Positions 35,029 to 45,235 of a stretch of DNA of 64,000 nt are shown in pieces. The notes beneath the pieces are model-generated. The model saw nothing but the letters and a program-made list of their open reading frames with translations, was not told the origin of the DNA and did not search any database. The DNA lies in assembly GCA_045567855.1 (NCBI GenBank), contig JBJLCC010000011.1, forward strand, positions 2,680-66,679, in the 5' to 3' direction. The first letter of the stretch is position 1, and each line of letters opens with the position of its first letter. Source of the stretch: Candidatus Poseidoniales archaeon (GTDB lineage: Archaea; Thermoplasmatota; Poseidoniia; MGIII; CG-Epi1). Made by a program: the position numbers and the translations under genes.

Positions 35029-35846
35029 AATCAATTATAGATGGTAAAAAAATAGCCAAAGAGATTGAAATTGAATTAACTACTAAAGTAGCTTCAATGG
35101 ATAGAGCTCCCAGACTGTCTGTAGTTCAGATAGGGGACGATCCAGCTTCAGCATCTTACATTAAAGCGAAAGCAAATGCAGCTTCTAGAGTTGGTATTGA
35201 ACTTACACATCACCATTTATCAGTAGATACCTCAGTAAAAGAGTTAGAGACTCTCGTTGATGAATTAAACGAAAGTGAAGATGGCCTCATAATTCAATTA
35301 CCTATTCCTAAGACTCTAGAATCTGTTTTGGAAAAAATTAAACCTGAAAATGATGTTGATGGCTTTCATTCTGAAAACTTAGGAAAATTAGTCCAGGGGA
35401 TTTCAGGAATGGTTCCTTGTACTCCGGCAGGGATAATTGAGTTACTATATCGCTCTGGGAATGATCCAGAGGGTAAACATGTTGTTGTTGTTGGGCGTAG
35501 TACAATAGTCGGTACGCCACTATCTCTTTTATTATCTCAGAAAGGAGTAGATGCAACAGTTACACTGTGCCACAGTAGAACTAAATCTTTGCAAGAACAT
35601 TGTAAACAAGCAGATATTTTGGTAGCTGCCGTGGGAAAAGCTAATATGATTACCAAGGATATGGTAAAACCCGGTGCAGTCATAATAGACGTAGGTGTTA
35701 ACAGAACTTCAGAAGGGTTAGTTGGAGACGTATCGCATGATGTTAGAGAGGTTGCAAGTCAAATCACACCAGTTCCAGGAGGGGTAGGGCCAATGACGGT
35801 TGTAATGCTAATGTTGAATACAGTGAAATCGGCTTTAGAAAATTAA
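35025..35846 (+). CDS. folD: bifunctional methylenetetrahydrofolate dehydrogenase/cyclohydrolase
   Basis: VQIGDDPASASYIKAK, GRSTIVGTPLSLLL and PVPGGVGPMT motifs. Confidence 0.9.
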   Translation: MKSIIDGKKIAKEIEIELTTKVASMDRAPRLSVVQIGDDPASASYIKAKANAASRVGIELTHHHLSVDTSVKELETLVDELNESEDGLIIQLPIPKTLESVLEKIKPENDVDGFHSENLGKLVQGISGMVPCTPAGIIELLYRSGNDPEGKHVVVVGRSTIVGTPLSLLLSQKGVDATVTLCHSRTKSLQEHCKQADILVAAVGKANMITKDMVKPGAVIIDVGVNRTSEGLVGDVSHDVREVASQITPVPGGVGPMTVVMLMLNTVKSALEN

Positions 35847-37160
35847 GTTTTTGAAAAGTACCCATGGACTAGTTAACTGGCGTTGAGCTTCTTTTGATGT
35901 TAAGCTTTCAGATAATATTTTTTGAAGTTCAGGTTTCTTTTGTGCCTTACCAATAAACCAATTTATCAACCATTTTTTTCTAGTATAGTTTTGGATTTTG
36001 AAAGAATTTGTCAATTCTTTGCCTAGTATTTCCCAAATTTCTTTCTGGTAATCTTCCCCACATTTCAAATTAAAGTCATTTCTATTTTCTTTGAAATGTT
36101 TCACAGCAATCTTTGCAGATAGAAGGGCATTACCTATCCCTTCTCCAGTAAAAGGATCTACTAGACTTCCAGAATCTCCTACCAGAAGGCAACCCTTACC
36201 GAACATTCTTCTTAGTTTCATCTCATTTTTTCTTGGTGAACCCAACGGCAATTGCCACACTTTTCCACTATCTTTTACCAATTCAGCGTTCTCAAATCGA
36301 GATGCAAACTTTTCTTCTATTATATATTTTTGAAGTTCCTTCAATTTCATTTCTTTATTCTTAAAATCTTTAAGTGTAATTCCTAAGCCTACATTGCACG
36401 TATTCTCGCCAACTGGAAAAATCCAAAAATACCCTGGAATAACTCCATCTACATAGTGGAATTCTATAGCTCCTTTCTCATTATCTATGCCCTTCACTCC
36501 TTTCCAATATTCTCTAAATGAAGTACTCCAATGCTCTTTTTTGATAAATTCCTCACCATTTATTTCAGATACGATTGTTTTGGCAACAAGACAGTTTACT
36601 CCTCCGGCGCCAATGGTTAATGGAGCATAGAATTCTTTCTCACCAACTCCATTTTTACCTTTTACTCCAATTACTCTATTATTATCTTCACTGTCAACTA
36701 TTAAATTATTAACTCTGAAATTTTGAATTACAAAGCCCCCATTATCTTCCACTCGATTTTTTGCTTCATTGAACAGAATCCAATCAAAGTTTATTCTTGG
36801 ATAAACATATCCCGTAGCTTCAGAATCTTTAATTTCAACTTTTACTTTTTCTTCTTTTGTGTTACTAAATATTACACTATCAAATATGAAATGCGGACTT
36901 TTTTCAAGGATTTTTAATATATTCAATTCTTCTAAATGCTTTAGAGCTTTTCCTCCAACTGCATCTCCACAAACTTTGTCTCTGGGGAATTCTTCTTTCT
37001 CTAATAGTAAAACCTTGAACCCTTCGTTAGCAGCATAACAAGCAGCTGCAGACCCTGCAGGCCCACCCCCTACAATAATAGCATCGAAATTTACTTCATT
37101 ATTAGGGATATTTTTCGTTTCTATATTTTTTTCCCAAAAAACATTTGTTTTATCCGACAC
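35835..37160 (-). CDS. geranylgeranyl reductase family FAD-dependent oxidoreductase
   Basis: AIIVGGGPAGSAAACYAA dinucleotide motif, GDAVGG and GDSGSLVDPFTGEGI motifs. Length is 441 aa. Confidence 0.75.
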   Translation of the reverse strand: MSDKTNVFWEKNIETKNIPNNEVNFDAIIVGGGPAGSAAACYAANEGFKVLLLEKEEFPRDKVCGDAVGGKALKHLEELNILKILEKSPHFIFDSVIFSNTKEEKVKVEIKDSEATGYVYPRINFDWILFNEAKNRVEDNGGFVIQNFRVNNLIVDSEDNNRVIGVKGKNGVGEKEFYAPLTIGAGGVNCLVAKTIVSEINGEEFIKKEHWSTSFREYWKGVKGIDNEKGAIEFHYVDGVIPGYFWIFPVGENTCNVGLGITLKDFKNKEMKLKELQKYIIEEKFASRFENAELVKDSGKVWQLPLGSPRKNEMKLRRMFGKGCLLVGDSGSLVDPFTGEGIGNALLSAKIAVKHFKENRNDFNLKCGEDYQKEIWEILGKELTNSFKIQNYTRKKWLINWFIGKAQKKPELQKILSESLTSKEAQRQLTSPWVLFKNLIF

Positions 37161-37240
37161 AATTTTAGAACTTATTGCCGATTAATAAACGTTTTCAGCA
37201 TAGCAATACAAATTTTAAGACCTCTGCTAATCTCGTATTG

Positions 37241-38356
37241 ATGGCAGTAGCTTCTAATGTTAATAATTCTAAAAAACATAGAATAATTGGCGCAGGCCTT
37301 TCTGGACTTTCTGCGGCAATTAATTTTGCTAAGAATGATGAGAAAGTAGTGATTCATGAATCAAGAGAAGATGTTGGCATGCAATTTCACCCTAATTATC
37401 AAGTTTTACTAAAGGAAAGTCCAGATACACCTTCCTCTGAAGCAGGAGCTAAACAGTATCTGAATAGATGGGGATTAAATCCCAAGTTTACCTTCAAGGA
37501 TGCAAAAAAATTTATCTGCTCTACAGAAAAGAGAGATTTTACGATTTCCTTAAAAGAGCCATTACCTTTGATTCTGCGAGGTGGCGAAAATTCACTCGAG
37601 AGAGGGCTCGCTAATGAGGCTAAAGATTTAGGTGTTGAATTTAAGTTTAAATCAAGACCCAAGCCAAAAGCAGGAGATATTCTTTCCACAGGTCCAAAGC
37701 GTACAGATATGGTCGCCTTTGGGGCATACTATGAAAATTCAGATTTTCCTCGAGATCAATTTTTGTACATGCATGATGAAAAATATTCTCCAAGGGGATG
37801 GTATCTGTATGTAATTCCGATGGATGATGATACTATTAAGATTATGAATTGTTGCTCAAAGCCATACGCAAAACAAGTCAGGAAATTATTGTACAAGGCA
37901 GTTGAAGAGCGAGATATTCTGAAGAATATTGTTGATGGTGCAAAGCCCACAGGTACTGTAGGAGGTCAAGGTGGTGTCGATTTCCCTAAGACTGCAATTA
38001 AGGACGGAGTTTATCACACAGGTGAAGCTGCAGGTTTTCAAGATCCTTGGAGAGGATTTGGAATGAATTATGCAATTGAATCCGGAGCTCTTGCTCAGAG
38101 GGCAATATCTGAATCCTTAGATTATGATAAATTATGGAAAAAACAGTTTCATCAAAGGAAGAAAGCAGATATTGCCCGTAGAGGAATATTCGCACTTCTC
38201 GGCAACCGAGCATTCGAATATGGTATGAGGAAAGTTAAGGAAGGAGACGAAGTTGATTGGGAAGAGATTAATCCTAGCGGTTGGAAAAAATCACTAATCT
38301 ACAACACTTTTTACTCAATGGAGATGGCTAAGAAAACAATGTGGGATTCCTGGTGA
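37241..38356 (+). CDS. FAD/NAD(P)-binding oxidoreductase (GGR/UbiH-like, divergent)
   Basis: HRIIGAGLSGLSAAINFAK Rossmann motif and a distal GEAAGFQDPWRGFGM. The ATG at 37241 is preferred over the ORF-track start at 37175. Confidence 0.6.
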   Translation: MAVASNVNNSKKHRIIGAGLSGLSAAINFAKNDEKVVIHESREDVGMQFHPNYQVLLKESPDTPSSEAGAKQYLNRWGLNPKFTFKDAKKFICSTEKRDFTISLKEPLPLILRGGENSLERGLANEAKDLGVEFKFKSRPKPKAGDILSTGPKRTDMVAFGAYYENSDFPRDQFLYMHDEKYSPRGWYLYVIPMDDDTIKIMNCCSKPYAKQVRKLLYKAVEERDILKNIVDGAKPTGTVGGQGGVDFPKTAIKDGVYHTGEAAGFQDPWRGFGMNYAIESGALAQRAISESLDYDKLWKKQFHQRKKADIARRGIFALLGNRAFEYGMRKVKEGDEVDWEEINPSGWKKSLIYNTFYSMEMAKKTMWDSW

Positions 38357-38559
38357 TGGATCTTACTGGTTTTGCATCATACATCTTATCTGGTTTAACA
38401 TTATTCGCAGGCTGTGTCATTTTTTTCGGAGAGAATGAATTCATTATTCCTACGTCAGGCCGTTCACTTAGGTTATCCTGCTCGTTTCTACTTTGGTTCC
38501 TAGCCTTAATTTTTTGGGCCATGGCAGTTAAAATTGAAGATGACGATAGTATAATATAA
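38356..38559 (+). CDS. small 2-TM membrane protein (tentative)
   Basis: The ATG at 38356 forms a TGATG overlap with the upstream stop. Two hydrophobic helices and an acidic tail. Confidence 0.35.
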   Translation: MDLTGFASYILSGLTLFAGCVIFFGENEFIIPTSGRSLRLSCSFLLWFLALIFWAMAVKIEDDDSII

Positions 38560-38579
38560 TCAATTCTTTAATTAAAAAT

Positions 38580-40832
38580 ATGTCTAATTTTGGTGTGATT
38601 CGTAATTATTATTCTCAAATGCCTGAGAAAATAGAGCAGGCCAGACACATCTTGAAGCGTCCGATGACGTTAACAGAAAAGATTCTTTTTAGTCATTTAG
38701 TCAAAATTGAAAAAGAACCTACAAGAACAAAATCTTATGTTGAATTACAACCAGATAGGGTGGCAATGCAAGATGCTACAGCCCAAATGGCGTTACTTCA
38801 ATTCGCTCTAACAGGGCGTTCGGAAGTTGCAGTCCCTTCAACAGTCCATTGCGATCATTTGATTCAAGCGAGAGTAGGAAAAGATAAAGATTTGGAATAT
38901 GCCAATGAAATAAGTTCAGAAGTCTTTTCTTTCTTGAAATCAGCTTCAGCAAAATATGGTCTTGGATTTTGGAAGCCAGGTGCTGGTATTATCCACCAAG
39001 TTGTTCTTGAGAATTATGCATTCCCCGGCGGGATGATGATTGGTACAGATTCTCATACACCAAATGCGGGAGGCCTAGGGATGGTTGCAATAGGTGTAGG
39101 AGGAGCAGATGCTATGGAAGTCATGGCAGGTTTACCCTTTACAATTAAATGGCCCGGAATTATTGGAGTTCATTTAATTGGTGAACTATCAGGTTGGGCT
39201 TCCGCTAAAGATGTTATCTTGAAAGTTTGTGAAGAATTAACAGTCAAAGGAGGTACAGGCCACATTGTAGAATATTTTGGCCCAGGCGCCTCTACAATAT
39301 CTTCAACTGGTAAAGGTACAATTTGTAATATGGGTGCTGAAGTTGGAGCTACAACTTCACTTTTCCCTTATGATAGTTCTATGGATGATTATCTTAGAGC
39401 AACAAATAGATCAGATGTTGCAGATATGGCTAAAGATTTTTCTGAATATCTAGTTCCAGATGTAGAAGTTGAGACTAATCCTGCCCAGTACTATGATAGA
39501 ATTATTGAAATTAATTTATCCGAATTAGTTCCGGCAATAGTTGGGCCGCATACTCCAGATTTAGCAAGACCTGTATCTGAATTAGGGGATGAAGCTAGAG
39601 AGAACGGTTGGCCAACTGATATTCAAGCAGCTTTGATTGGCTCTTGTACTAATTCTTCCTACGAAGATATGGAGAGAGCATCTTCAATTGCACAACAGGC
39701 TAGAAATGCGGGTCTGAAATCAAAAGTTCAGTTTATGGTTACACCAGGTTCAGATACCATCGATAATACTATCAGAAGAGATGGTCAAATGCAAATATTT
39801 GATGATATCGGAGGCACTGTATTAGCAAATGCATGCGGGCCATGTATTGGCCAATGGAAAAGAGACGATATTGATAGTGGAGATGTGAATTCTATTGTTT
39901 CTTCTTACAATCGTAATTTTAGTGGCAGAAATGATGGCAATCATCAAACACTATCTTTCCTTACAAGTCCAGAAATAGTTACAGCCATGGCAATTGCAGG
40001 TAGTTTAGATTTTAATCCTATTACAGACAAATTAACTTCAGAAGACGGTAGTGAATTTTTACTTGATCCTCCAGAGGGAGATCAATTGCCTGAAAACGGC
40101 TTTTTATTTAATCTAGAAGGATTCATACCCCCTCCAAAAGGATCGGATTCAGTTGATTTAGATGTATCTTCTGAGAGTAGAAGATTACAATTATTGGAGC
40201 CATTTGTAGCAACTACCAAGAAGGATTTGGAAGATTTGCCAATTTTAGTCAAAGTTAAAGGTAAATGTACCACAGATCATATTTCTCCAGCAGGAATTTG
40301 GTTACAATTTAGAGGCCATTTAGATAATATTTCAGATAATTGTTACATTGGTGCACATAATTCATTTACTGAAGAACAAGGTACTGCAATCAATCAATTA
40401 GATGGTAATAAAGGAAAGATTCCAAAGATTGCACGTAATTACTATGAAAATAATCAGCCGTGGGCAGTTATTGCAGATGTTAATTACGGTGAGGGAAGTA
40501 GCAGAGAACACGCAGCTATGTCTCCAAGATTCTTAGGATGTAAGGTTGTTATTGCAAGAGGTATGGCTCGTATTGCAGAAACTAACTTGAAGAAACAAGG
40601 AGTTTTACCACTCATTTTTGCTGATGAATCCTCATGGGATTTATTGAGAGTTGATGATAGATTGACAATCAAAGGAACTGATGAACTAGGACCCAATTCC
40701 AAGGTCACTGTGGAAGCAAAGCACAGTGATGGAACTATGGATACTTTTGTTTGTAATCACAGTATGGATGAATTACAGGTAGAATGGTTCAAAGCAGGTT
40801 CTGCCTTGAATTATCTAAGATCAAAGAATTAA
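38580..40832 (+). CDS. acn: aconitate hydratase (about 750 aa, mitochondrial-like type)
   Basis: GTDSHTPNAGGLG, IGSCTNSSYEDM and ANACGPCIGQW Fe-S ligand motifs. Confidence 0.9.
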   Translation: MSNFGVIRNYYSQMPEKIEQARHILKRPMTLTEKILFSHLVKIEKEPTRTKSYVELQPDRVAMQDATAQMALLQFALTGRSEVAVPSTVHCDHLIQARVGKDKDLEYANEISSEVFSFLKSASAKYGLGFWKPGAGIIHQVVLENYAFPGGMMIGTDSHTPNAGGLGMVAIGVGGADAMEVMAGLPFTIKWPGIIGVHLIGELSGWASAKDVILKVCEELTVKGGTGHIVEYFGPGASTISSTGKGTICNMGAEVGATTSLFPYDSSMDDYLRATNRSDVADMAKDFSEYLVPDVEVETNPAQYYDRIIEINLSELVPAIVGPHTPDLARPVSELGDEARENGWPTDIQAALIGSCTNSSYEDMERASSIAQQARNAGLKSKVQFMVTPGSDTIDNTIRRDGQMQIFDDIGGTVLANACGPCIGQWKRDDIDSGDVNSIVSSYNRNFSGRNDGNHQTLSFLTSPEIVTAMAIAGSLDFNPITDKLTSEDGSEFLLDPPEGDQLPENGFLFNLEGFIPPPKGSDSVDLDVSSESRRLQLLEPFVATTKKDLEDLPILVKVKGKCTTDHISPAGIWLQFRGHLDNISDNCYIGAHNSFTEEQGTAINQLDGNKGKIPKIARNYYENNQPWAVIADVNYGEGSSREHAAMSPRFLGCKVVIARGMARIAETNLKKQGVLPLIFADESSWDLLRVDDRLTIKGTDELGPNSKVTVEAKHSDGTMDTFVCNHSMDELQVEWFKAGSALNYLRSKN

Positions 40833-40957
40833 CTATAGACAAAAGAGTAATCTTAAATCAATTATACTGAAGACATCCCACTGTTAAGAGTTTCACTACC
40901 TTTTCCAAACCACTTGAAAGTTCCTTTTTCTCATTAAAGTATAGACAATCAACAAAG

Positions 40958-41923
40958 CTAGCAGGTAAACTTATGGGTTACACCACTTCCGGAAGTAACG
41001 TTACCAACCATTTGAGCATGCTTTCCTAGGATTGATACAGATTTCTCGGCGTCACTTTTGTCAACAATTAGAATCATCCCCATTCCCATGTTAAACGTTC
41101 GATACATTTCGTTATTTTCTATACTTCCCTTTTCCTGTAACCAATCAAAAACAGAAGGGACAGGTAAAGGATTATCGATTACATACTGAAAATTATCATT
41201 TATTCGACTAATATTGTCTAGTCCACCGCCAGTAATATGAGCTATTCCATGAACGTTCACTTGTTTAATTAAAGCCATTACTTCTTTGACGTAAATTCTA
41301 GTTGGTTCAACAAGTTTCTTTCCAAGCTCCTTATCGCCATCAAATAATTTCCGAATTAAAGTGTATCCGTTTGAGTGTGGTCCACTTGATTTCAGACCAA
41401 TCAAAACATCGCCTTCAGTAATCTTTGTTCCATCTATTATCTTATCTTGTTTAACGTAACCAACTGAAGTACCTGCAATATCAAAGCCATGAACTAATTC
41501 AGGCAATATTGCAGTTTCTCCCCCGGATAAAGTACAGTTAGATTGTTTACATCCTTCTGCCAACCCCATTCCAATTTTAGCCATTAATTTTTCATCAGGT
41601 TTGTCTAGCGCTACGTAATCAACAAAACTTAGTGGTTCAGCACCAACACAAATTAGATCATTTGTGTTCATGGCAACACAGTCTATTCCGACAGTATGAA
41701 TTGAGTCCATTTCTTCTGCCAGCAATAATTTGCTTCCTACGCCGTCTGTACAAATTGCCAGTGCCCCATCTCCAAGTTTAACTAATCCTGCAAATCCATT
41801 ATCCAACTTTATTGCTTCACCGTCGCCCTTCCTATTGACTCCTTTAATTTGGGCAATAAGAGCTTCAGTCGCTTTTTCACTTGCATCAATATCTACGCCA
41901 GCTTCAGAGTACGTGCTTACCAT
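40958..41923 (-). CDS. purM: phosphoribosylformylglycinamidine cyclo-ligase (AIR synthetase)
   Basis: YSEAGVDIDASEKA N-terminus, DGVGSKLLLA and SGPHSNGYTLIRK motifs. Confidence 0.9.
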   Translation of the reverse strand: MVSTYSEAGVDIDASEKATEALIAQIKGVNRKGDGEAIKLDNGFAGLVKLGDGALAICTDGVGSKLLLAEEMDSIHTVGIDCVAMNTNDLICVGAEPLSFVDYVALDKPDEKLMAKIGMGLAEGCKQSNCTLSGGETAILPELVHGFDIAGTSVGYVKQDKIIDGTKITEGDVLIGLKSSGPHSNGYTLIRKLFDGDKELGKKLVEPTRIYVKEVMALIKQVNVHGIAHITGGGLDNISRINDNFQYVIDNPLPVPSVFDWLQEKGSIENNEMYRTFNMGMGMILIVDKSDAEKSVSILGKHAQMVGNVTSGSGVTHKFTC

Positions 41924-41928
41924 ATTGT

Positions 41929-43161
41929 TTACATCTTAGCGTAATAATTTTGTACAACAGTACTAACTTGTCCAATATCATCGATGTTACGTTGAACCAG
42001 TGATTCAAGAATCTTTTGTCTATTTTGAGCCATTTCATCAAACTGTCTTGGTGCAACACCTGCAGCTTTAGATATTCGCTCACGTAGTTTACTTGGAACT
42101 CCAGTTTCTTCTAATTGATTGGATTGTCCATTCCATTTGAATAAAGTGTTTAGCCTAGGTTTACTACCTTCTAAACCGGCCAATTCAGACACCTCAGTAA
42201 TAGTTCGAATTTGTTTTCCATTAACATTTATTCTACTTTGCATTATAATTAGATGTAAAGCATTCATCATTATTGGAGGAACTTCCATAGGAGGATTGAT
42301 TAATCTTGATACAGTTTCCTGTGCAGTATTTGCGTGAACCGTACCAAAACATCCATCGTGACCCGTATTCATTGCAGTAAAGAGAGTTTTAGCCTCTGGC
42401 CCTCTTACTTCACCTACAATTATTCTGTCAGGCCTCATACGCAGTGTATTTTTTAGTAAAGAATCCATATCAACTTCGGGTTCTTCTGGTTTTGTCGAGT
42501 TAAATGTTTCAAGTTGAACATGATGTTCATGCTTTAATTGAACTTCGGTAACATCCTCAATTGTAATTAATCTATCTTTTGAAGGAATAAATAATCCTAA
42601 CACATTCAAGGTTGTAGTTTTACCGGAACCTGTACCGCCCGCAACCAAAATATTAGATGGAGCAGATCCCATCCCATCAGCAAACATCCATAACAGTGAG
42701 GCTAACCTTGGAGACATAGTTCCAAATTTCATCAGATTAACAACTGTTAGCGGATCATTCATCTGCTTTCTAATTGTCATTGTTGGACCATTCGGAGAGA
42801 CCGGTGGAATTGTAGCATTTACACGGCTTCCATCAGGCAATCTTCCGTCCAGTAACAAATTCCCAGGACCTACTTTTCTACCAACATATTTTCCAACTTT
42901 CTGAATAATTGCAGTAGCTTCCTCGCTGGTTAATTTCACATTAGTTACACACATACCATGTTTTCTATGAGCAACCATTACAGCTTTATCCGGGTGGTTG
43001 TACATAATTTCTTCAAGATTATCATCATCTAGCAATGGCTTTAGAGCACCATAGCTTGGAGATTTGACAGCTTTTGTTACTTGATATAGTGGTCGCTCAG
43101 CATCAGCTCTTTCGACGATGTTGGCAGTCGGGTATTGTTCTATGATTCGTCCTTGTTGCAT
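41929..43161 (-). CDS. TadA/CpaF/VirB11-like type IV filament/secretion ATPase
   Basis: Walker A VAGGTGSGKTTTLN and GEVRGPEAKTLFTAMNTGHDG...TVHAN. The start at 43161 (MQQGR) abuts the upstream stop. The ORF-track start at 43236 would overlap the upstream gene by 73 nt. Confidence 0.8.
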   Translation of the reverse strand: MQQGRIIEQYPTANIVERADAERPLYQVTKAVKSPSYGALKPLLDDDNLEEIMYNHPDKAVMVAHRKHGMCVTNVKLTSEEATAIIQKVGKYVGRKVGPGNLLLDGRLPDGSRVNATIPPVSPNGPTMTIRKQMNDPLTVVNLMKFGTMSPRLASLLWMFADGMGSAPSNILVAGGTGSGKTTTLNVLGLFIPSKDRLITIEDVTEVQLKHEHHVQLETFNSTKPEEPEVDMDSLLKNTLRMRPDRIIVGEVRGPEAKTLFTAMNTGHDGCFGTVHANTAQETVSRLINPPMEVPPIMMNALHLIIMQSRINVNGKQIRTITEVSELAGLEGSKPRLNTLFKWNGQSNQLEETGVPSKLRERISKAAGVAPRQFDEMAQNRQKILESLVQRNIDDIGQVSTVVQNYYAKM

Positions 43162-43163
43162 AT

Positions 43164-43928
43164 TTATACGATTGATATCCTTAGTGCTAGTAATAGCGTA
43201 GTAGTGGCTATGAACATGTACATTGGCATTCGCCATATTGCAGTTTTAGTTGTTTGTAAAATAACAGACTGCATCCAAACACCTCCAGCCCCTAACACCA
43301 TCATGTAGAAAAATAAAGATTGATTCAATAAACTTAGATCGACATTAAGTTCGAACGAGCCGGCTTTACCGCTTCCAAATACTGAAACAATTAATCCTAA
43401 TAGAATTGGGCAAATGACAGCTCCACCCCATAGAATGAAATTAGCAGTACTTTGTGTTTTTGTAATTCTTTCTTTTCGGAGCATATAAATTTCCCAGAAC
43501 TCTTCAGAGATATTTTCGAGAGTGGTTGCAAAGCTTCCAGAAGACCCAAGTGCAACATTCAGTATGCTTACAATTCTTATAATCATTGGAGATTCAGTTT
43601 GTTTTGCAAAGTCTCTCATTGCCATACCAAATCCATCGTCTCTCATTCTCTTTACGGCTTCACGGAGAAATACCCCCATTCTGTCATTTCTTCCAGAAGC
43701 AATAGCATCCAAAGCAGATTCAACCCCCATTCCAGCGCGTAATTCTTCAGCTAAATCAGCTAAAACATCGGGCCACACAGCTTCCAATTCATTAATTTTA
43801 TCCTGTTTTCTTTTAGCAGGAATGTAGAATAGAGTTCCAATAAGTGCCCAAACGCCTAGCCCTATCCAAATAATACCGTGCAATGAAGACAAGCCATCTC
43901 CACTTACTATATCGTCCAACAAGCTCAT
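43164..43928 (-). CDS. T2SSF-domain platform protein (TadB/TadC-like)
   Basis: N-terminal TM helix, a cytoplasmic helical domain (VWPDVLADLAEELRAGMGVESALDAIA) and C-terminal TM helices. Confidence 0.7.
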   Translation of the reverse strand: MSLLDDIVSGDGLSSLHGIIWIGLGVWALIGTLFYIPAKRKQDKINELEAVWPDVLADLAEELRAGMGVESALDAIASGRNDRMGVFLREAVKRMRDDGFGMAMRDFAKQTESPMIIRIVSILNVALGSSGSFATTLENISEEFWEIYMLRKERITKTQSTANFILWGGAVICPILLGLIVSVFGSGKAGSFELNVDLSLLNQSLFFYMMVLGAGGVWMQSVILQTTKTAIWRMPMYMFIATTTLLLALRISIV

Positions 43929-44500
43929 ACTCCAGGCTCCTTTGCTTTAGTTTGAACAATCATTCCAGCAATAATTATGGTTGCTGTAATAAATAGTGCA
44001 GGTACACAAACATCGGGCATTGTTGGAGTATTTCCTAGAAACCCTCCACCAGATGCTTTTGCAGATTCTACTAATCCATTAACCACAGCACCTATTACAA
44101 CAATAATAGGAATTAGTATTGAAACAATTATAAATTGTTCAGATGTTGAAGATAAACCCTCAATGAAATTATCCAAATTTACACGCCTTTCTTTAGCTTC
44201 TTTTTCAGCTATAGATCTTAATCTATCAATTACATTAGTATCTTCTTCGATAGACATAATTAAGCTAGATAGAACCTTTCTCAGTCCAGAGGAATCTGTA
44301 TTCCGCATTTGAGTTCTAATAGCGTCACTGAAGTTTTTCCCGCCTTCGGTGTCTCTAAAAATTTGTTTGAAAATTTCACTTAAATCTCCGTAGTCTTCGT
44401 CAGCAACATGCTTCATTGCTTCTGCAACACCTACGCCAGATTCTAATAGAACTTCAATTCCTCTAATGGCAAAGAGTAGTTCCTGGTCAACGGTCGCCAT
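43925..44500 (-). CDS. T2SSF-domain platform protein (TadB/TadC-like), short
   Basis: ELLFAIRGIEVLLESGVGVAEAMKHVA...FSDAIR helical domain followed by two TM helices. 4-nt overlap with the downstream gene. Confidence 0.65.
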   Translation of the reverse strand: MATVDQELLFAIRGIEVLLESGVGVAEAMKHVADEDYGDLSEIFKQIFRDTEGGKNFSDAIRTQMRNTDSSGLRKVLSSLIMSIEEDTNVIDRLRSIAEKEAKERRVNLDNFIEGLSSTSEQFIIVSILIPIIVVIGAVVNGLVESAKASGGGFLGNTPTMPDVCVPALFITATIIIAGMIVQTKAKEPGV

Positions 44501-44539
44501 AATATATCAACAAAACCCCATTATAAACTACTTAACTTT

Positions 44540-45235
44540 TTAAATTTGTGCATTTTTTATAAAATCTCGATAAGTACTCAAGCTGATATAGAACGAAAAA
44601 ACCATTGACCATTCACATAGAGCCGTCAAATTTAGGTATATACTTCGTTCAGTGTTTACGTCTGGTGGGTTATCCATCCGGTGAAAAAAATCTTCTCTTT
44701 CATCTAACATTTCTAAGTTATCTAAAACACTGAATATGGCCATCATTAGATAGAAAAACCATCCAGCCGTTATAGCATATCTTCTAATTTTATTGTCGAG
44801 TCCACTTTTTTTCATTAGATTGTAGCTGAAAGTTGCAGAGATCAGATATGTCGTGAATAAAGTGAATGCAGTAACGCCATGTAAAACAGGAAATTCTTTC
44901 CAATTAAAGCTTACCGTAATTATTCCACATATAGATCCTATGGTAGAAATAATTCTAATTCTTTCATTTCCTTTGATATAGAATTCACCCAGTTCCTCAG
45001 CTAAGGGTTTGAATAATCGGTAAATTACCTGAACTATTAGTAAAGTTCCAAACAAGCTAATGCCCAGCCCAGTTGAGAAAATACTTTCTTCGGGTTCTGA
45101 AAAAGGCATTTCAGATATAATTGGTATAAATGGGGCAACTCTTCCACTGGTAGTTGATACGATGTAAGTTGTTATTAGCGTTAATATCCCTAAAATTATA
45201 CTAAATTCTAGAAGTAATTTAGCACTATTTTTCAT
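44540..45235 (-). CDS. polytopic membrane protein, unknown function
   Basis: About 6 TM helices. It overlaps the ppdK stop region by 11 nt in the same orientation. Confidence 0.5.
   Translation of the reverse strand: MKNSAKLLLEFSIILGILTLITTYIVSTTSGRVAPFIPIISEMPFSEPEESIFSTGLGISLFGTLLIVQVIYRLFKPLAEELGEFYIKGNERIRIISTIGSICGIITVSFNWKEFPVLHGVTAFTLFTTYLISATFSYNLMKKSGLDNKIRRYAITAGWFFYLMMAIFSVLDNLEMLDEREDFFHRMDNPPDVNTERSIYLNLTALCEWSMVFSFYISLSTYRDFIKNAQI

Noticed and set aside
32715-37160. Prophage or integrated element around rusA
   Set aside because: The flanking genes are core housekeeping genes (ABCE1, folD, GGR). I see no integrase, terminase, capsid gene, direct repeat or tRNA attachment site next to rusA.
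40834-40948. 9-nt direct repeat TATAGACAA just after the stop codons of the convergent acn and purM genes
   Set aside because: A short AT-rich 9-mer repeated once within 125 nt is plausibly chance, and I found no supporting secondary structure or further copies.
40833-40957. C/D-box sRNA or other small ncRNA in the acn-purM intergenic region
   Set aside because: No convincing RUGAUGA/CUGA box pairs with terminal stems were found on either strand.
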